From a virus: a DNA stretch of 64,000 nucleotides. A program made the translations under genes and the position numbers. The notes below the pieces were generated by a model. It was given only the letters and a program-made list of their open reading frames with translations. It searched no databases and was not told the origin of the DNA. Location: positions 32,001 through 96,000 of the IMG/VR virus record IMGVR_UViG_3300044675_001548, one strand, 5' to 3'. Every line of letters begins with the position of its first letter. Positions within the stretch are counted from its first letter, which is position 1. Below are positions 26,801 through 36,850 of the stretch, piece by piece.

Positions 26801-27202
26801 ATGAAAGATGTTGTTTTAGCACTTATGATAGGTGCAGCCTTTATGTATGAAATGTGGGTGTTTCTTAAAACAAGAGCATTTGTAAAAGTAATTTACATGT
26901 TGCCAAATGATGATGAAGATAAAAAATCAATAAAACTTGCAACTGGTTGTTTTTCAGCAATTTATTTGATGTGGTTAATTTTAGGAATGGCTATTAGTGG
27001 ACTATGGTATGCTTACTTAGGTATTTTTGTATTATCTCTTTTACAAGCTCCTGTGGCCAAATATTTTAAGAAAAATAAGCACTGGGAAAGTTTGATACTA
27101 TTTAAGAAGATAGATGGTATAATATCTATGGCTATTCTTATATGGTTATTTGTAGCTCATTTTCATCCTGAACTACTTGGATCTTGGAAAATTAACCTTT
27201 AA
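26801..27202 (+). CDS. multi-TM membrane protein
   Basis: four hydrophobic helices. Confidence 0.65.
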   Translation: MKDVVLALMIGAAFMYEMWVFLKTRAFVKVIYMLPNDDEDKKSIKLATGCFSAIYLMWLILGMAISGLWYAYLGIFVLSLLQAPVAKYFKKNKHWESLILFKKIDGIISMAILIWLFVAHFHPELLGSWKINL

Positions 27203-27213
27203 ATCAGAATAGA

Positions 27214-27570
27214 ATGAAAGCAAATGAATTAAGAATAGGAAATTATGTTTATGATACTTTAGGTAAAGTAAATAAAATAGATTTAGAAGCAATTACCTAT
27301 ATTGTAAAAGAACCACATAATCAAGTTAAACCAATACCACTAACTGAAGAATGGTTGTTAAAGTTTGGGTTTGAGAAGTCAAAAGTAAGTAGCCAATTTG
27401 ACAAAGAAAAATTAACAATACAAGTATCAAATGAATTAGAGCGTCATAAAAAAGGTAGAGTTTATTTTAATTCTTGGGCTATTTTAGAGGAATCTATTAA
27501 ATATGTTCACCAACTACAAAACTTATACTTTGCACTGACAGGAGAAGAATTAACCTTTAAATCAGAATAG
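27214..27570 (+). CDS. conserved Bacteroidota-phage hypothetical protein
   Basis: ELRIGN...PIPLTEEWLLKFGF...YVHQLQNLYFALTGEEL. Confidence 0.75.
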   Translation: MKANELRIGNYVYDTLGKVNKIDLEAITYIVKEPHNQVKPIPLTEEWLLKFGFEKSKVSSQFDKEKLTIQVSNELERHKKGRVYFNSWAILEESIKYVHQLQNLYFALTGEELTFKSE

Positions 27571-27571
27571 A

Positions 27572-27745
27572 ATGATAATAGTAAAATGTAATGATAAAAA
27601 TATAGGAGAAATAAAATGTGAATCAATGTATGAAGCTCACACTTGGAAAATATATCTTAATGCAAATGGATATGAATGTGAAGTGCTTAATAATGGAGAA
27701 TCAATAAATCTCTCTAATGAAATTCAACACCCAAATAGTTATTAA
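27572..27745 (+). CDS. 57-aa hypothetical protein between repeats (not in ORF track)
   Basis: MIIVKCNDKNIGEIKCESMYEAHTWKIYLNANGYECEVLNNGESINLSNEIQHPNSY. Confidence 0.55.
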   Translation: MIIVKCNDKNIGEIKCESMYEAHTWKIYLNANGYECEVLNNGESINLSNEIQHPNSY

Positions 27746-27763
27746 CCTTTAAATCAGAATAAG

Positions 27764-28048
27764 ATGGAAGAAAAAATAACAAATGAAACATTAATTCAAG
27801 ATGGTTGGATTAATGAGGGTATTAGTTACTCTAGAGATTGGGCTGGATCAAAATATAGATTGTTTCTATCCCATAATTATGGAGTAGATGGTAATTATTT
27901 TATAAAGCTTCAACAAGATTTGAGTGACTATTCTCCTTCAATAAACATAAACTGTTTAACAATGAGAGATTTGGAATCAGTACAATATTTGTTTCACAGA
28001 GCAACTGCTTTGGATGTAATAAAAGATGTCATGAGAAATTATCTTTAG
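27764..28048 (+). CDS. hypothetical protein
   Basis: 94-aa ORF. Confidence 0.6.
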   Translation: MEEKITNETLIQDGWINEGISYSRDWAGSKYRLFLSHNYGVDGNYFIKLQQDLSDYSPSININCLTMRDLESVQYLFHRATALDVIKDVMRNYL

Positions 28049-28052
28049 ATGT

Positions 28053-28337
28053 ATGACACTCAGAGATACAGAACTAATAGGTAGGAGACTTGTAAAGTAT
28101 GGGTTTTTTAGATCTAATAACAATCATCATAATTATGAGTGCTTGAGAAGACATGCTCGTACTGGTATTGGTATAAAGTTTATCAAATATGGTTCAATAT
28201 GGGTGGCAGATTTTCTTTATCATATTGATCATTGTACAATGGTAAAGTTTAATCACCATGAGGCTGTATTTACTCCAGAATGGGTAATAGAGGAACATGA
28301 TAAATTAATAGCAATGTTTAAATTTTTAAGAGGATGA
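28053..28337 (+). CDS. hypothetical protein
   Basis: 94-aa ORF. Confidence 0.6.
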   Translation: MTLRDTELIGRRLVKYGFFRSNNNHHNYECLRRHARTGIGIKFIKYGSIWVADFLYHIDHCTMVKFNHHEAVFTPEWVIEEHDKLIAMFKFLRG

Positions 28338-28741
28338 TAAAAACATTTAAAGATCCTAAGATTATGAAATTAATCCAGGAAATTTGTACAGAACATCAAC
28401 TGGTTGCAAAACCAAGTGATAGTAATATTGGATATTTATGGTTTATGTATGCAGCAGGTACTAAAGCAGGAACATTTAGACCCTTTATCTTTTTAGCAGA
28501 GTTAAACTTACTAGTTAAAACAGGTTATACTACTGAAGATGAAAAGCAGAACATGCTTGGTATGTTTCTTAGTTCAGATGAGGATAATGCTAATATAATG
28601 GCATATTCTATTCTTACATTAAGAAGCAACAGAATAAAAGATATGGGATTGTGGACTCCTGATAATGATAAATACAGTGAAATTGATTACATTAGAGATA
28701 TTATTAACACTGAAATATTTATGAACCAATGGCACAAATAA
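28334..28741 (+). CDS. hypothetical protein
   Basis: 135-aa ORF. Confidence 0.6.
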   Translation: MIKTFKDPKIMKLIQEICTEHQLVAKPSDSNIGYLWFMYAAGTKAGTFRPFIFLAELNLLVKTGYTTEDEKQNMLGMFLSSDEDNANIMAYSILTLRSNRIKDMGLWTPDNDKYSEIDYIRDIINTEIFMNQWHK

Positions 28742-28953
28742 TTTTAAGGTTTAGAGAAGATGAACTTGAAGATGCTAGAACAGCATTGGATGGTTGGAAA
28801 TGGAAAATGGCTATGTGGGATCTTGATCAACATCTCAGAAGTGAGATAAAGTATAATGAGAAGTTATCTGCAGAAGCAGATGAAGCTTATCAAGCTATCA
28901 GAGATAAGATCCGGGAAATATTACATGACAGTAACTTAAATATAGAATCATGA
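28729..28953 (+). CDS. hypothetical protein
   Basis: 74 aa; ALDGWKWKMAMWDLDQHLRSEIKY. Confidence 0.6.
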   Translation: MAQIILRFREDELEDARTALDGWKWKMAMWDLDQHLRSEIKYNEKLSAEADEAYQAIRDKIREILHDSNLNIES

Positions 28954-29132
28954 CTTGTGTAAAATGTGGAGCTCCTGCAACTAAGAGGTATAGTCCTGAT
29001 CTTGATATCAAGGGTATAGGAATGTGTGCTGAGCATACTGATGAAATTATGATGGATCTTATGGTAGCTCAGTTTGACAAAAGAGGCTGGGAGAAATTTG
29101 AGAAAAAGTATTTACCTAAAAAAGATAAGTGA
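28950..29132 (+). CDS. small Zn-finger protein
   Basis: CVKCG...CAEH. Confidence 0.6.
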   Translation: MTCVKCGAPATKRYSPDLDIKGIGMCAEHTDEIMMDLMVAQFDKRGWEKFEKKYLPKKDK

Positions 29133-29275
29133 TGGAATTTGTGATTATAACAGTAGTAGTATTTGCAGTTGCAGGTTTAATAATTAATAGCTTAAGAAAT
29201 GAAAATTATTATAACTGGGATGATTGATTGTGTATACACAGCTATCATCAGTATTATTTATAAAAATCTGGAATA

Positions 29276-29527
29276 ATGACAGAAAAAGAATTAGTTGAAT
29301 TAGGCTTTGAAAAGGTAAGTATTACTGATGATGAAAGCCAGAATGGATATGATTACTATTACTACCAAAAAGAAATGTGCAGTGGTGTTGTGTTACACAG
29401 CTCTGATAGTATAGATACTAAGGGTGATAACTGGACATTGAAATGTTTTGAGATCCCGGCTATTAGTATCAGCACTAAGGATCATTATGATCAGTTTCTT
29501 GAAGTGATGAACAATATAATTTGTTAA
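29276..29527 (+). CDS. hypothetical protein
   Basis: 83-aa ORF. Confidence 0.6.
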   Translation: MTEKELVELGFEKVSITDDESQNGYDYYYYQKEMCSGVVLHSSDSIDTKGDNWTLKCFEIPAISISTKDHYDQFLEVMNNIIC

Positions 29528-29883
29528 TTATGTTTAGTGGAAGATTAATTAAAAAAGATGGTAAACTTACTTATGCTAGCCCTCAAGATAAATTGGCTTA
29601 TGACATATTCATTAGCAAATTAGAAGAGGGTCAGATAGTAGAAATGTATATTGATCTTGCAAATGCAGATCATAGTAAAGCACAACTTGCAAAAGTACAT
29701 GCTTGTATTAGAGAAATGGCAAAAGAGTCCGGGTACACTTTTGATGAAATGAAAGATGTGGTAAAAGAAGCATCTGGTCTGGGAGGTAAATCCTTTGCAG
29801 ATTGTAGTAAGGATGAACTTATGTTAGCTATAGAAGCTTGTATACAAATAGGAAGAGAACAGTTTAATCTTAATCTTGGGTAG
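29521..29883 (+). CDS. NinB/YbcN-like protein
   Basis: HSKAQLAKVHACIREMAKESGYTFDEMK...SFADCSKDE. Confidence 0.55.
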   Translation: MLIMFSGRLIKKDGKLTYASPQDKLAYDIFISKLEEGQIVEMYIDLANADHSKAQLAKVHACIREMAKESGYTFDEMKDVVKEASGLGGKSFADCSKDELMLAIEACIQIGREQFNLNLG

Positions 29884-30181
29884 GCTCTACATAGCCTTCA
29901 TCTCCTGGTTCTAATATTTCTTTTTCTTCAAACATATTGTTAGCAATAGCTTGTTTTTCAATTTCAGCTAACAAGAGAGTAGTTGTATAAAAGTGTTGTT
30001 GTAGTTCAGTTTCCAGCTCATTGTATTTTTTGGTCATTACAGCTTTAAGATCCTCTTCAATAGTTTCTTTTGGAAGGTTTTTGAAGATATAGTAAGACAA
30101 ACCTTTTACCATGAGATAAAAAGCTTTGTTAACTTTGACATCAACTATAACATCATCCTTTAGTTCTTTAACCTTTACCAT
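29870..30181 (-). CDS. hypothetical protein, lone antisense gene
   Basis: no competing + strand ORF over most of its length; likely start MVKVKE at 30181. Confidence 0.6.
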   Translation of the reverse strand: MVKVKELKDDVIVDVKVNKAFYLMVKGLSYYIFKNLPKETIEEDLKAVMTKKYNELETELQQHFYTTTLLLAEIEKQAIANNMFEEKEILEPGDEGYVEPTQD

Positions 30182-30212
30182 TGTATTAATTTTAAACAAA
30201 AATAGAAAAAAA

Positions 30213-30911
30213 ATGGACTTAGAAGAAATTAAACAAAAAATGTTTACTAAACTTGGACCCAGCGGCTGGGACAGGGTATTTAAATCTTTTATATTTAGCA
30301 GTGACTTTGATGATATACTTACTAAGCTATATACACTGAGTCAGGATGATAAGAGATTTACTCCACCACTAAAACAAGTGTTCAGAGCATTTGAAGAATG
30401 TCCTTATGACAAGCTAAAAGTAGTTATAGTGGGTCAGGATCCATATCCACAGTTAGGAGTTGCAGACGGTATATCATTTAGTTGTGGTAACACAGGTAAA
30501 TTACAACCAAGTCTTAAGTATATCTTAGGAGAAGTAAACAGGACAGTATACAATGGTCATCCAGTAAGTGAAGATGTAGATCTTACCAGATGGTCTAATC
30601 AAGGTATACTTATGCTTAATACAGCTCTTACAACTGAGGTAAGTAAAATAGGTAGTCACTATGATATATGGAAGAAGTTTACCGCATATCTATTAGACTG
30701 GCTTAATAACTACAACCCCGGACTAATTTATGTATACATGGGTAAGAAGGCTGAAGAATGGTCTGAACTTACTACTAATACAGATTATAAGTTTATGGTA
30801 AAGCATCCTGCTAGTGCTGCATATAATGGATCTAAATGGGATTCAGATGATGTTTTTGTTAAGATATCTACAATAGTAACTAACACCACAGGTGAAATAA
30901 TAACTTGGTAA
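30213..30911 (+). CDS. ung: uracil-DNA glycosylase, family 1
   Basis: VVIVGQDPY, GISFS, W..QG.LMLNTALT, HPAS; start MDLEEIK at 30213. Confidence 0.9.
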   Translation: MDLEEIKQKMFTKLGPSGWDRVFKSFIFSSDFDDILTKLYTLSQDDKRFTPPLKQVFRAFEECPYDKLKVVIVGQDPYPQLGVADGISFSCGNTGKLQPSLKYILGEVNRTVYNGHPVSEDVDLTRWSNQGILMLNTALTTEVSKIGSHYDIWKKFTAYLLDWLNNYNPGLIYVYMGKKAEEWSELTTNTDYKFMVKHPASAAYNGSKWDSDDVFVKISTIVTNTTGEIITW

Positions 30912-31498
30912 TGACAGATATATTTACAAGGTTGATCCAAGAAGGATTAACACCCAATACTTACTATGTTTTACATTGTATAAGAGAGAAAATTGTTCCA
31001 CATAAATCTGTCAACAAAGAATTAGAATGCAAAAGACTGCAAACGGATCAATGGTTGACAGAAAGTTTGGAATTAACAAGCAAAAGTCTTATCTTTATGG
31101 AAGAAATTAATGGTTACTTTAAGAGAACCAAGAAGAAAACTTCACAAGATTTAATGGGGCAAGACTTTGTAAGAAATATAGAGAAATATGTAGAAATATT
31201 TCCTAACATAAAACTCCCATCTGGTAAATATGCTAGAGTAAATGCTAAGAATCTTGAAGCACCATTTAGATGGTTCTTTGAGACCTTTAATTACAATTGG
31301 GAGGAGGTAATTAAAGCCACAGAAAGATATGTTGATGAATTCAGTGTAAGAAGATATGATTTTATGAGAAACTCACAATACTTTATCAGGAAACAGGATC
31401 CAGATAAATCTTTTGAATCTGATTTGGCAACATACTGTGAGATAATCAGAAGTGGTGGTAATGAAGAACAAGTATATTTTAGTGAGAGAGTAGTATGA
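30905..31498 (+). CDS. putative replication protein (initiator/helicase loader position)
   Basis: 197 aa just upstream of the DnaB-like helicase. Confidence 0.45.
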   Translation: MVMTDIFTRLIQEGLTPNTYYVLHCIREKIVPHKSVNKELECKRLQTDQWLTESLELTSKSLIFMEEINGYFKRTKKKTSQDLMGQDFVRNIEKYVEIFPNIKLPSGKYARVNAKNLEAPFRWFFETFNYNWEEVIKATERYVDEFSVRRYDFMRNSQYFIRKQDPDKSFESDLATYCEIIRSGGNEEQVYFSERVV

Positions 31499-31671
31499 TA
31501 AATCTAAAACTGACTATGATTGCTGTGGTGGGGTCTTTATTTTGCTTTACTGTTATAGACTACTTTATTGTAAGTATGAGTTTCTGGCAGTATTTGATAA
31601 TTGAAGTAATCATGGCAGTTGTACATAGTTTTTATAACTATGTTAAAAACAAATATTTAACTAACACATAA
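31495..31671 (+). CDS. small two-TM protein (not in ORF track)
   Basis: 58-aa ORF filling the gap. Confidence 0.5.
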   Translation: MINLKLTMIAVVGSLFCFTVIDYFIVSMSFWQYLIIEVIMAVVHSFYNYVKNKYLTNT

Positions 31672-31675
31672 ACAT

Positions 31676-32701
31676 ATGGCAGAATTATTTAATGGTGCAC
31701 AGCCACTACAACCTGTAAGTGAAAGAGATGCTTTATACAAAGCATTAGCAAAAATGGCGGCTAGAAGCCGGGGGGATATAAAATCTTTAAGAAGTGCCTG
31801 GCCCAAATTTAATGATGCCTTTTGTGATGGATTAGAATGGAGAACTATCACCGTAGTTGGTGCTAGACCTGGTACAGGTAAAACTTTATTCATGGAACAA
31901 TTGATTAGTGACATTATTGAGATGAACAGAGATCAAAGATTCCGTGTATTAAAGTTTCAAATGGAAATGGTTGATGAGACCAGTGGTATAAGAAAGTTTA
32001 GTCTGAATACAGGTGCTGATTACAACACCCTGATGAGTAAGGGTAAGAAGATTGATAAAACTCTTTATGCAAAATGCAAGGATTATTATGATAATACAGC
32101 TCACAAGGATATAATAGATGTAATCTATGATGCTTGTACTGTAGATGAAATGTGTGCTACTATTCATTACCAAATGCAAAAGTATTCTAAGTTGACTGTG
32201 GATGCAGATGGTAATCAGAAAAGAGAGTACACTAATATGCTTGTTGCAATAGATCACTCAGCTTTATTTAAAAATGGTAAGGGACAAAGAGATAAATTTG
32301 AAATGTTAGGAGCTTTAGGTGAAGCACTCACCATGTTAAAGAAAAAGTATCCGGTAGCTTTTGTAGTCCTTAGCCAGTTAAATAGAAACATAGATGATCC
32401 AAAGAGAGCAGTGGATGGTGATTATGGTAATTATGTATTGGACTCAGATATTTATGGGTCAGATGCATTATTACAACATGCAGACGTTGTGCTGGGTATA
32501 AACAAACCTTCTCTGAGAAAAATAAGACAGTATGGACCAGACAGATATATCATAAATGATGAGGATATATTAGCTTTTCACTTTTTGAAATCTAGAAATG
32601 GTACCACAAGGATAAGTTTCTTTAAACTTGACAGAGAGGTGATGAGAATAGTAGAGATACCTACTCCAGCATGTGCAACTAAAAAAGTATCAACACAGTA
32701 A
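31676..32701 (+). CDS. DnaB-like replicative helicase (ATPase domain)
   Basis: VVGARPGTGKT, FQMEM, IDH, LSQLNR, DIYGSDALLQHADVV, KSRNG. Confidence 0.88.
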   Translation: MAELFNGAQPLQPVSERDALYKALAKMAARSRGDIKSLRSAWPKFNDAFCDGLEWRTITVVGARPGTGKTLFMEQLISDIIEMNRDQRFRVLKFQMEMVDETSGIRKFSLNTGADYNTLMSKGKKIDKTLYAKCKDYYDNTAHKDIIDVIYDACTVDEMCATIHYQMQKYSKLTVDADGNQKREYTNMLVAIDHSALFKNGKGQRDKFEMLGALGEALTMLKKKYPVAFVVLSQLNRNIDDPKRAVDGDYGNYVLDSDIYGSDALLQHADVVLGINKPSLRKIRQYGPDRYIINDEDILAFHFLKSRNGTTRISFFKLDREVMRIVEIPTPACATKKVSTQ

Positions 32702-32710
32702 ATTTTAAGT

Positions 32711-33367
32711 ATGAATATAAGAAAAGAAAGAGAAAAAGAGTTCTTTGTAGAACACATGGAGACTTTTAAAAAGCTGGGTCTGTCAGATCCGTTTTTTATA
32801 ATTAAAACTGCATTCTTCCAGAAAGGTAAATTTGGTAGACAAGTACAGTTATTTGAGTCTGAAATCAGTAAAGGTGAAGATGTCTATATTGAATTTTATG
32901 ACAATGTAACTGATGATAAAGGTACTGTAACTGATGTAACCCCATTCAATGAGGACAGGCAGTTGTTTAAGTACAAAGCTAATCCATTCTATGCTGAGGA
33001 GTATGAAACAAAAGAGGGTACAAACTTTAAAGGTGAGCCTTATGTTCTTTATACTGTTCCTACATCTGAATTGGTAGCAGTTCTTGAAGATGGTACTGAG
33101 ATAACTTATGCTCTTTATGAAAAGAGAAAGGAAGAGAACAAGAAAGAAGATTCTTTACCTAAGTTACAGAAAAGCTTGTCATTGTTTCCTGATTTTGAAG
33201 ATGAGTTTGGTTCCGCTAAGGAAATAGAATTAAGCAGTCAGCTTGATAAAGATGTACCATTGTCAGAGATTACTATAAGAGATCTTGCAGCTATCATGTT
33301 AATGAAGCCTGTAAGTAATAGACCATGGTTGAATGATCTGATTAAACAAACAAAAAGTGAAATATGA
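32711..33367 (+). CDS. hypothetical replication-module protein
   Basis: 218-aa ORF. Confidence 0.6.
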   Translation: MNIRKEREKEFFVEHMETFKKLGLSDPFFIIKTAFFQKGKFGRQVQLFESEISKGEDVYIEFYDNVTDDKGTVTDVTPFNEDRQLFKYKANPFYAEEYETKEGTNFKGEPYVLYTVPTSELVAVLEDGTEITYALYEKRKEENKKEDSLPKLQKSLSLFPDFEDEFGSAKEIELSSQLDKDVPLSEITIRDLAAIMLMKPVSNRPWLNDLIKQTKSEI

Positions 33368-34086
33368 GTATAGTACTTCCTACTAAAAAGGTTAAGGCTG
33401 AAAGACAGAATCCAAAAAGAATGATTATTTATTCCAAGCCTAAGACTGGTAAGACAACAGCCTATGCTGGTCTTGATGACAATTTAATCCTAGATTTGGA
33501 GAGTGGTTCTGATTATGTTGAAGCTCTGAAGATTAAAGTGAATACTTTGCAAGAGTTGCTAGATGCTGGTAAAGCTATCAAAGCAGCTGGTAATCCTTAT
33601 AAGTATGTTACTGTAGATACTGTAACTGCATTAGAGGATATGATACAACCTCTTGCAATAAAACTTTACCGTCAGACACCAATGGGTAAAAACTATGATG
33701 GAGACAATGTAACTACACTACCAAATGGTGCTGGTTATTTATATATCCGTCAAGCATTCTTCCAAGTTTTAGATTTTATTGATACCTTAGCTCCCCACAT
33801 TATTTTATCTGGTCATATTAAAGACAAGGTAGTTGATGATAAAGGTGAGATGGTTATGTCTGCTAACATAGACTTAACTGGTAAAATAAAGTCTTTGATT
33901 TGTGCTAATGCTGATGCTATTGGGTACATGTACAGAAAAGGAAATAAAACTATTCTGAGCTTTAAGACTAATGAAGAAGTTACTTGTGGTGCAAGACCAG
34001 AACATCTCCGTAATGAAGAGATAGTAGTAACTGAGATGAATGAAAAAGGTGAATTGCAGTTTCACTGGGATAAAATTTATGTATAA
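33364..34086 (+). CDS. AAA-type P-loop ATPase (Sak4/AAA_24-like)
   Basis: IIYSKPKTGKTT, ILDLESG, VTVDTVT. Confidence 0.75.
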   Translation: MSIVLPTKKVKAERQNPKRMIIYSKPKTGKTTAYAGLDDNLILDLESGSDYVEALKIKVNTLQELLDAGKAIKAAGNPYKYVTVDTVTALEDMIQPLAIKLYRQTPMGKNYDGDNVTTLPNGAGYLYIRQAFFQVLDFIDTLAPHIILSGHIKDKVVDDKGEMVMSANIDLTGKIKSLICANADAIGYMYRKGNKTILSFKTNEEVTCGARPEHLRNEEIVVTEMNEKGELQFHWDKIYV

Positions 34087-34109
34087 TAACAAATAAAAAA
34101 TAAAAAACA

Positions 34110-34793
34110 ATGGGATTAAGTACAACTGACTTAGGAACTGGTGGCAGTGGGCTACCTAAAACAATTTCTCCAGGAAATCATGTGTTAAAGATTAACTATG
34201 TGGAGCTAGAAGATTTTAAATTCATTGATAATGCAAAACATTTGCTTTTGCATGTGGAAACACAACCTATTGATGGTTTTGAAGGCTTCATGCTTGACAA
34301 AGATGATGAAAGCAAAGGTAGATATGCTGGTCAGATTGGTAAAGTTAAAGCTAGCCAATATGCATATGCAGATGGTGTAACTAAAACAGGTATTAAGATT
34401 CAGAGAGATAGATCTATCTTGATTTTTCTACAAAGCTTGTGTAAAACTGCAGGAATCAATGAGTGGTTTACTGAACAAGATGGTAAGCATGACACTATTG
34501 AAGACTTTGTAGAAGCATTTAATGCTACTGCACCTATCAAAGATAAGTTTCTTGAGTTCTGTATTGCTGGTAGAGAATATGAAGGTAAGACAGGTTATAC
34601 AAACTATGATATGTGGTTGCCAAAAGGAGAAAATAAAAAGTATGCTTATGGTGAGGTAGAGGAAGGAAAAGTTATTACTTTTGATGAATCCAAACATTTG
34701 AAAAAATTAGAGACAAAAGAAGTAAAAAGCTTTGGAGAGGATGATGACTTCACACCTCCATCTAAAACATCTTCTGACTTCAGCCTAGACTAA
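34110..34793 (+). CDS. putative single-stranded DNA-binding protein
   Basis: follows the AAA recombinase-like gene; beta-rich with acidic tail DDDF...SDFSLD. Confidence 0.5.
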   Translation: MGLSTTDLGTGGSGLPKTISPGNHVLKINYVELEDFKFIDNAKHLLLHVETQPIDGFEGFMLDKDDESKGRYAGQIGKVKASQYAYADGVTKTGIKIQRDRSILIFLQSLCKTAGINEWFTEQDGKHDTIEDFVEAFNATAPIKDKFLEFCIAGREYEGKTGYTNYDMWLPKGENKKYAYGEVEEGKVITFDESKHLKKLETKEVKSFGEDDDFTPPSKTSSDFSLD

Positions 34794-34847
34794 TAAGTTA
34801 TAGGGGGAGTTAGAAATGGCTTCCCCTTAATTTTTAAACTAGGTAGT

Positions 34848-35831
34848 ATGATTTCAACAAAGAATTTAATTACTGATTTAGAACAAGTCCCCAGAGAATG
34901 GGTCTTTGAATATTATCTTAACCTAAAGGAAAAACTAACAGGTCAAGATGTAAAAATGTTATCTGCATTTAATGCCAAGGACAAAGTTCCATCCATGTTT
35001 GTTTATTTTGATGTAGCCTCTGGATTCTATAAATTCAAGGACTTTTCATCTGGTTATCAGGGAGATAGCATTGAGTTGGTAAAGTATTTGTTTAACATGT
35101 CTACAAGAGGACAAGCTACAAACAAAATACTTCTTGAGTATCAACAGTATCTTAAAGATAACACTACATATACTCCTGAGGCTGCTATGTTTCATGATAA
35201 GTATAGAGTAGTAGATTATGAGATGAGACACTGGAATAACTTTGATCAGACTTATTGGATGGGTTTTAAGATTGGGTCTGGAATGCTTGATAGATATAAT
35301 GTAGTTCCTCTGGCTTTCTTTACTATGAGCAAAACTGAACAAGATGGTAGTATAACTTCACATACATTTAGAAAGTCCCATACTTATGGATATTTTAGAA
35401 ATGATGGTAGCTTGTATAAGATATATATGCCAAAGAGTACTCAGAAGAAGTTTATCAAGGTAGAAAACTATATTCAGGGCACAGATCAGTTGAGATATGA
35501 TTGCAAGTATCTTATCATCACATCTTCACTTAAGGATCTTATGGCTTTCAACAAATTAGGTATTAGTAATATTGAGGCTATAGCACCAGACAGTGAGAAT
35601 ACTATGATAGGAGAAAAGGCTATTGGAGAACTAAAACTTAAGTATCATAAAATAGTTGTGTTGTTTGACAATGATGAGCCTGGGATTAAAGCTGCTCAAA
35701 GATATTCTGATATGTATGGATTTAGCTATATACTGCTACCAATGGAGAAAGATCTTTCTGACTCAGTTAAAGTACATGGTATAGATAAAGTAAGAGAAGT
35801 ATTATTTCCATTATTAAAACAAGCATTATGA
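34848..35831 (+). CDS. DNA primase (TOPRIM)
   Basis: FKDFSSG..GDSIELV N-terminus; IVVLFDNDEPGIKAAQ; KDLSD. Confidence 0.8.
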   Translation: MISTKNLITDLEQVPREWVFEYYLNLKEKLTGQDVKMLSAFNAKDKVPSMFVYFDVASGFYKFKDFSSGYQGDSIELVKYLFNMSTRGQATNKILLEYQQYLKDNTTYTPEAAMFHDKYRVVDYEMRHWNNFDQTYWMGFKIGSGMLDRYNVVPLAFFTMSKTEQDGSITSHTFRKSHTYGYFRNDGSLYKIYMPKSTQKKFIKVENYIQGTDQLRYDCKYLIITSSLKDLMAFNKLGISNIEAIAPDSENTMIGEKAIGELKLKYHKIVVLFDNDEPGIKAAQRYSDMYGFSYILLPMEKDLSDSVKVHGIDKVREVLFPLLKQAL

Positions 35832-36253
35832 GTTGGATATATCAAGGTAAAGAGTTTACTAACAGTATGATTCCTGAAGGAGCTGTGGGATTTGTGTATG
35901 AGATGGAAGCCATTATTGATGGTAAGTCTGTAAGGTATGTGGGTAAGAAGAATTTTTACTCTACTACAAAGAAGAAGTTTGGTAAAAGAGCTGTTGCTCA
36001 GATGACTGATAAAAGAAACAAGAAATATGAGACTGTTTCTAAAGCTAGTTACCAGAACTACTATAGTAGTAATGCAGTTCTTAAAGAAGCTCACAAAGCT
36101 GGTATACCAATCAAAAGGTATATGGTCAAGATATGTTTTTCTAAAATGGAACTTACATATTTTGAGACTAAGTATCAATTTTTGAGAGAGGTTCTTGAAA
36201 AAGAAGAGTACTTGAATGGAAACATTCTAGGTAGGTTTTATAAAATCAAATAA
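35828..36253 (+). CDS. GIY-YIG-family nuclease
   Basis: GFVYEM...RYVGKKNF...YYSS...TYFETKYQF...NGNI. Confidence 0.65.
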   Translation: MSWIYQGKEFTNSMIPEGAVGFVYEMEAIIDGKSVRYVGKKNFYSTTKKKFGKRAVAQMTDKRNKKYETVSKASYQNYYSSNAVLKEAHKAGIPIKRYMVKICFSKMELTYFETKYQFLREVLEKEEYLNGNILGRFYKIK

Positions 36254-36254
36254 T

Positions 36255-36446
36255 ATGAGTAATGACAGGCACATCTGGGAAGGTTGGACTGTACAAGATT
36301 TTATCAATGAGTTGGAAATAACATTTCCGTACCAAAAATTTACTACAAAGGAAGAAGTTAAAAACTGGTGTAAGTCTGAACAGCCTTATTATAAGAAACA
36401 CATTCCTGAAGTAGCAAAACATTTTATTCAAAAAGCAGGATTATGA
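36255..36446 (+). CDS. hypothetical protein
   Basis: 63-aa ORF. Confidence 0.6.
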   Translation: MSNDRHIWEGWTVQDFINELEITFPYQKFTTKEEVKNWCKSEQPYYKKHIPEVAKHFIQKAGL

Positions 36447-36850
36447 CAGAATTAGAATTAACAAGCCTCCTATTTAGGTTGGCTGACTATGGTATTACAG
36501 GTGTTAAAGTAAAATATGATGGTGGAGGAGACTCAGGTGCCATAGAATGGATAGGTTATACAAAAAAACCTTGTGAAACTCCAGAAGATGTAAATGATAA
36601 TATAGAAGATTGGGAAAATGATTGGTTATTAGCAAAAATTTCTGCAGATGCCCATAATGCAATTGAAGAATTTGCTCAAGAAAAACTTCTTGATGACATA
36701 GAAGACTGGTGGAATAATGAAGGTGGTTGGGGAGAGTTATGTATTTGTGTTCCTTCAGGTAAGTATATTATTAATAATAATATTAGAATTACTGACCATG
36801 AGACTCATTTTCATGATGGTAGTATTCTAGATAAAGCAGAAGAAGACTAA
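36443..36850 (+). CDS. DUF6878-like protein
   Basis: VKYDGGGDSGAIE ... DWWNNEGGWG. Confidence 0.6.
   Translation: MTELELTSLLFRLADYGITGVKVKYDGGGDSGAIEWIGYTKKPCETPEDVNDNIEDWENDWLLAKISADAHNAIEEFAQEKLLDDIEDWWNNEGGWGELCICVPSGKYIINNNIRITDHETHFHDGSILDKAEED

Larger units (their letters stand above)
27191..27766 (+). repeat. three direct repeats ATTAACCTTTAAATCAGAATA(GA)ATG at gene junctions
   Basis: copies start at 27191, 27549 and 27741; the first two are identical over 27 nt, the third over 21 nt. Confidence 0.9.
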
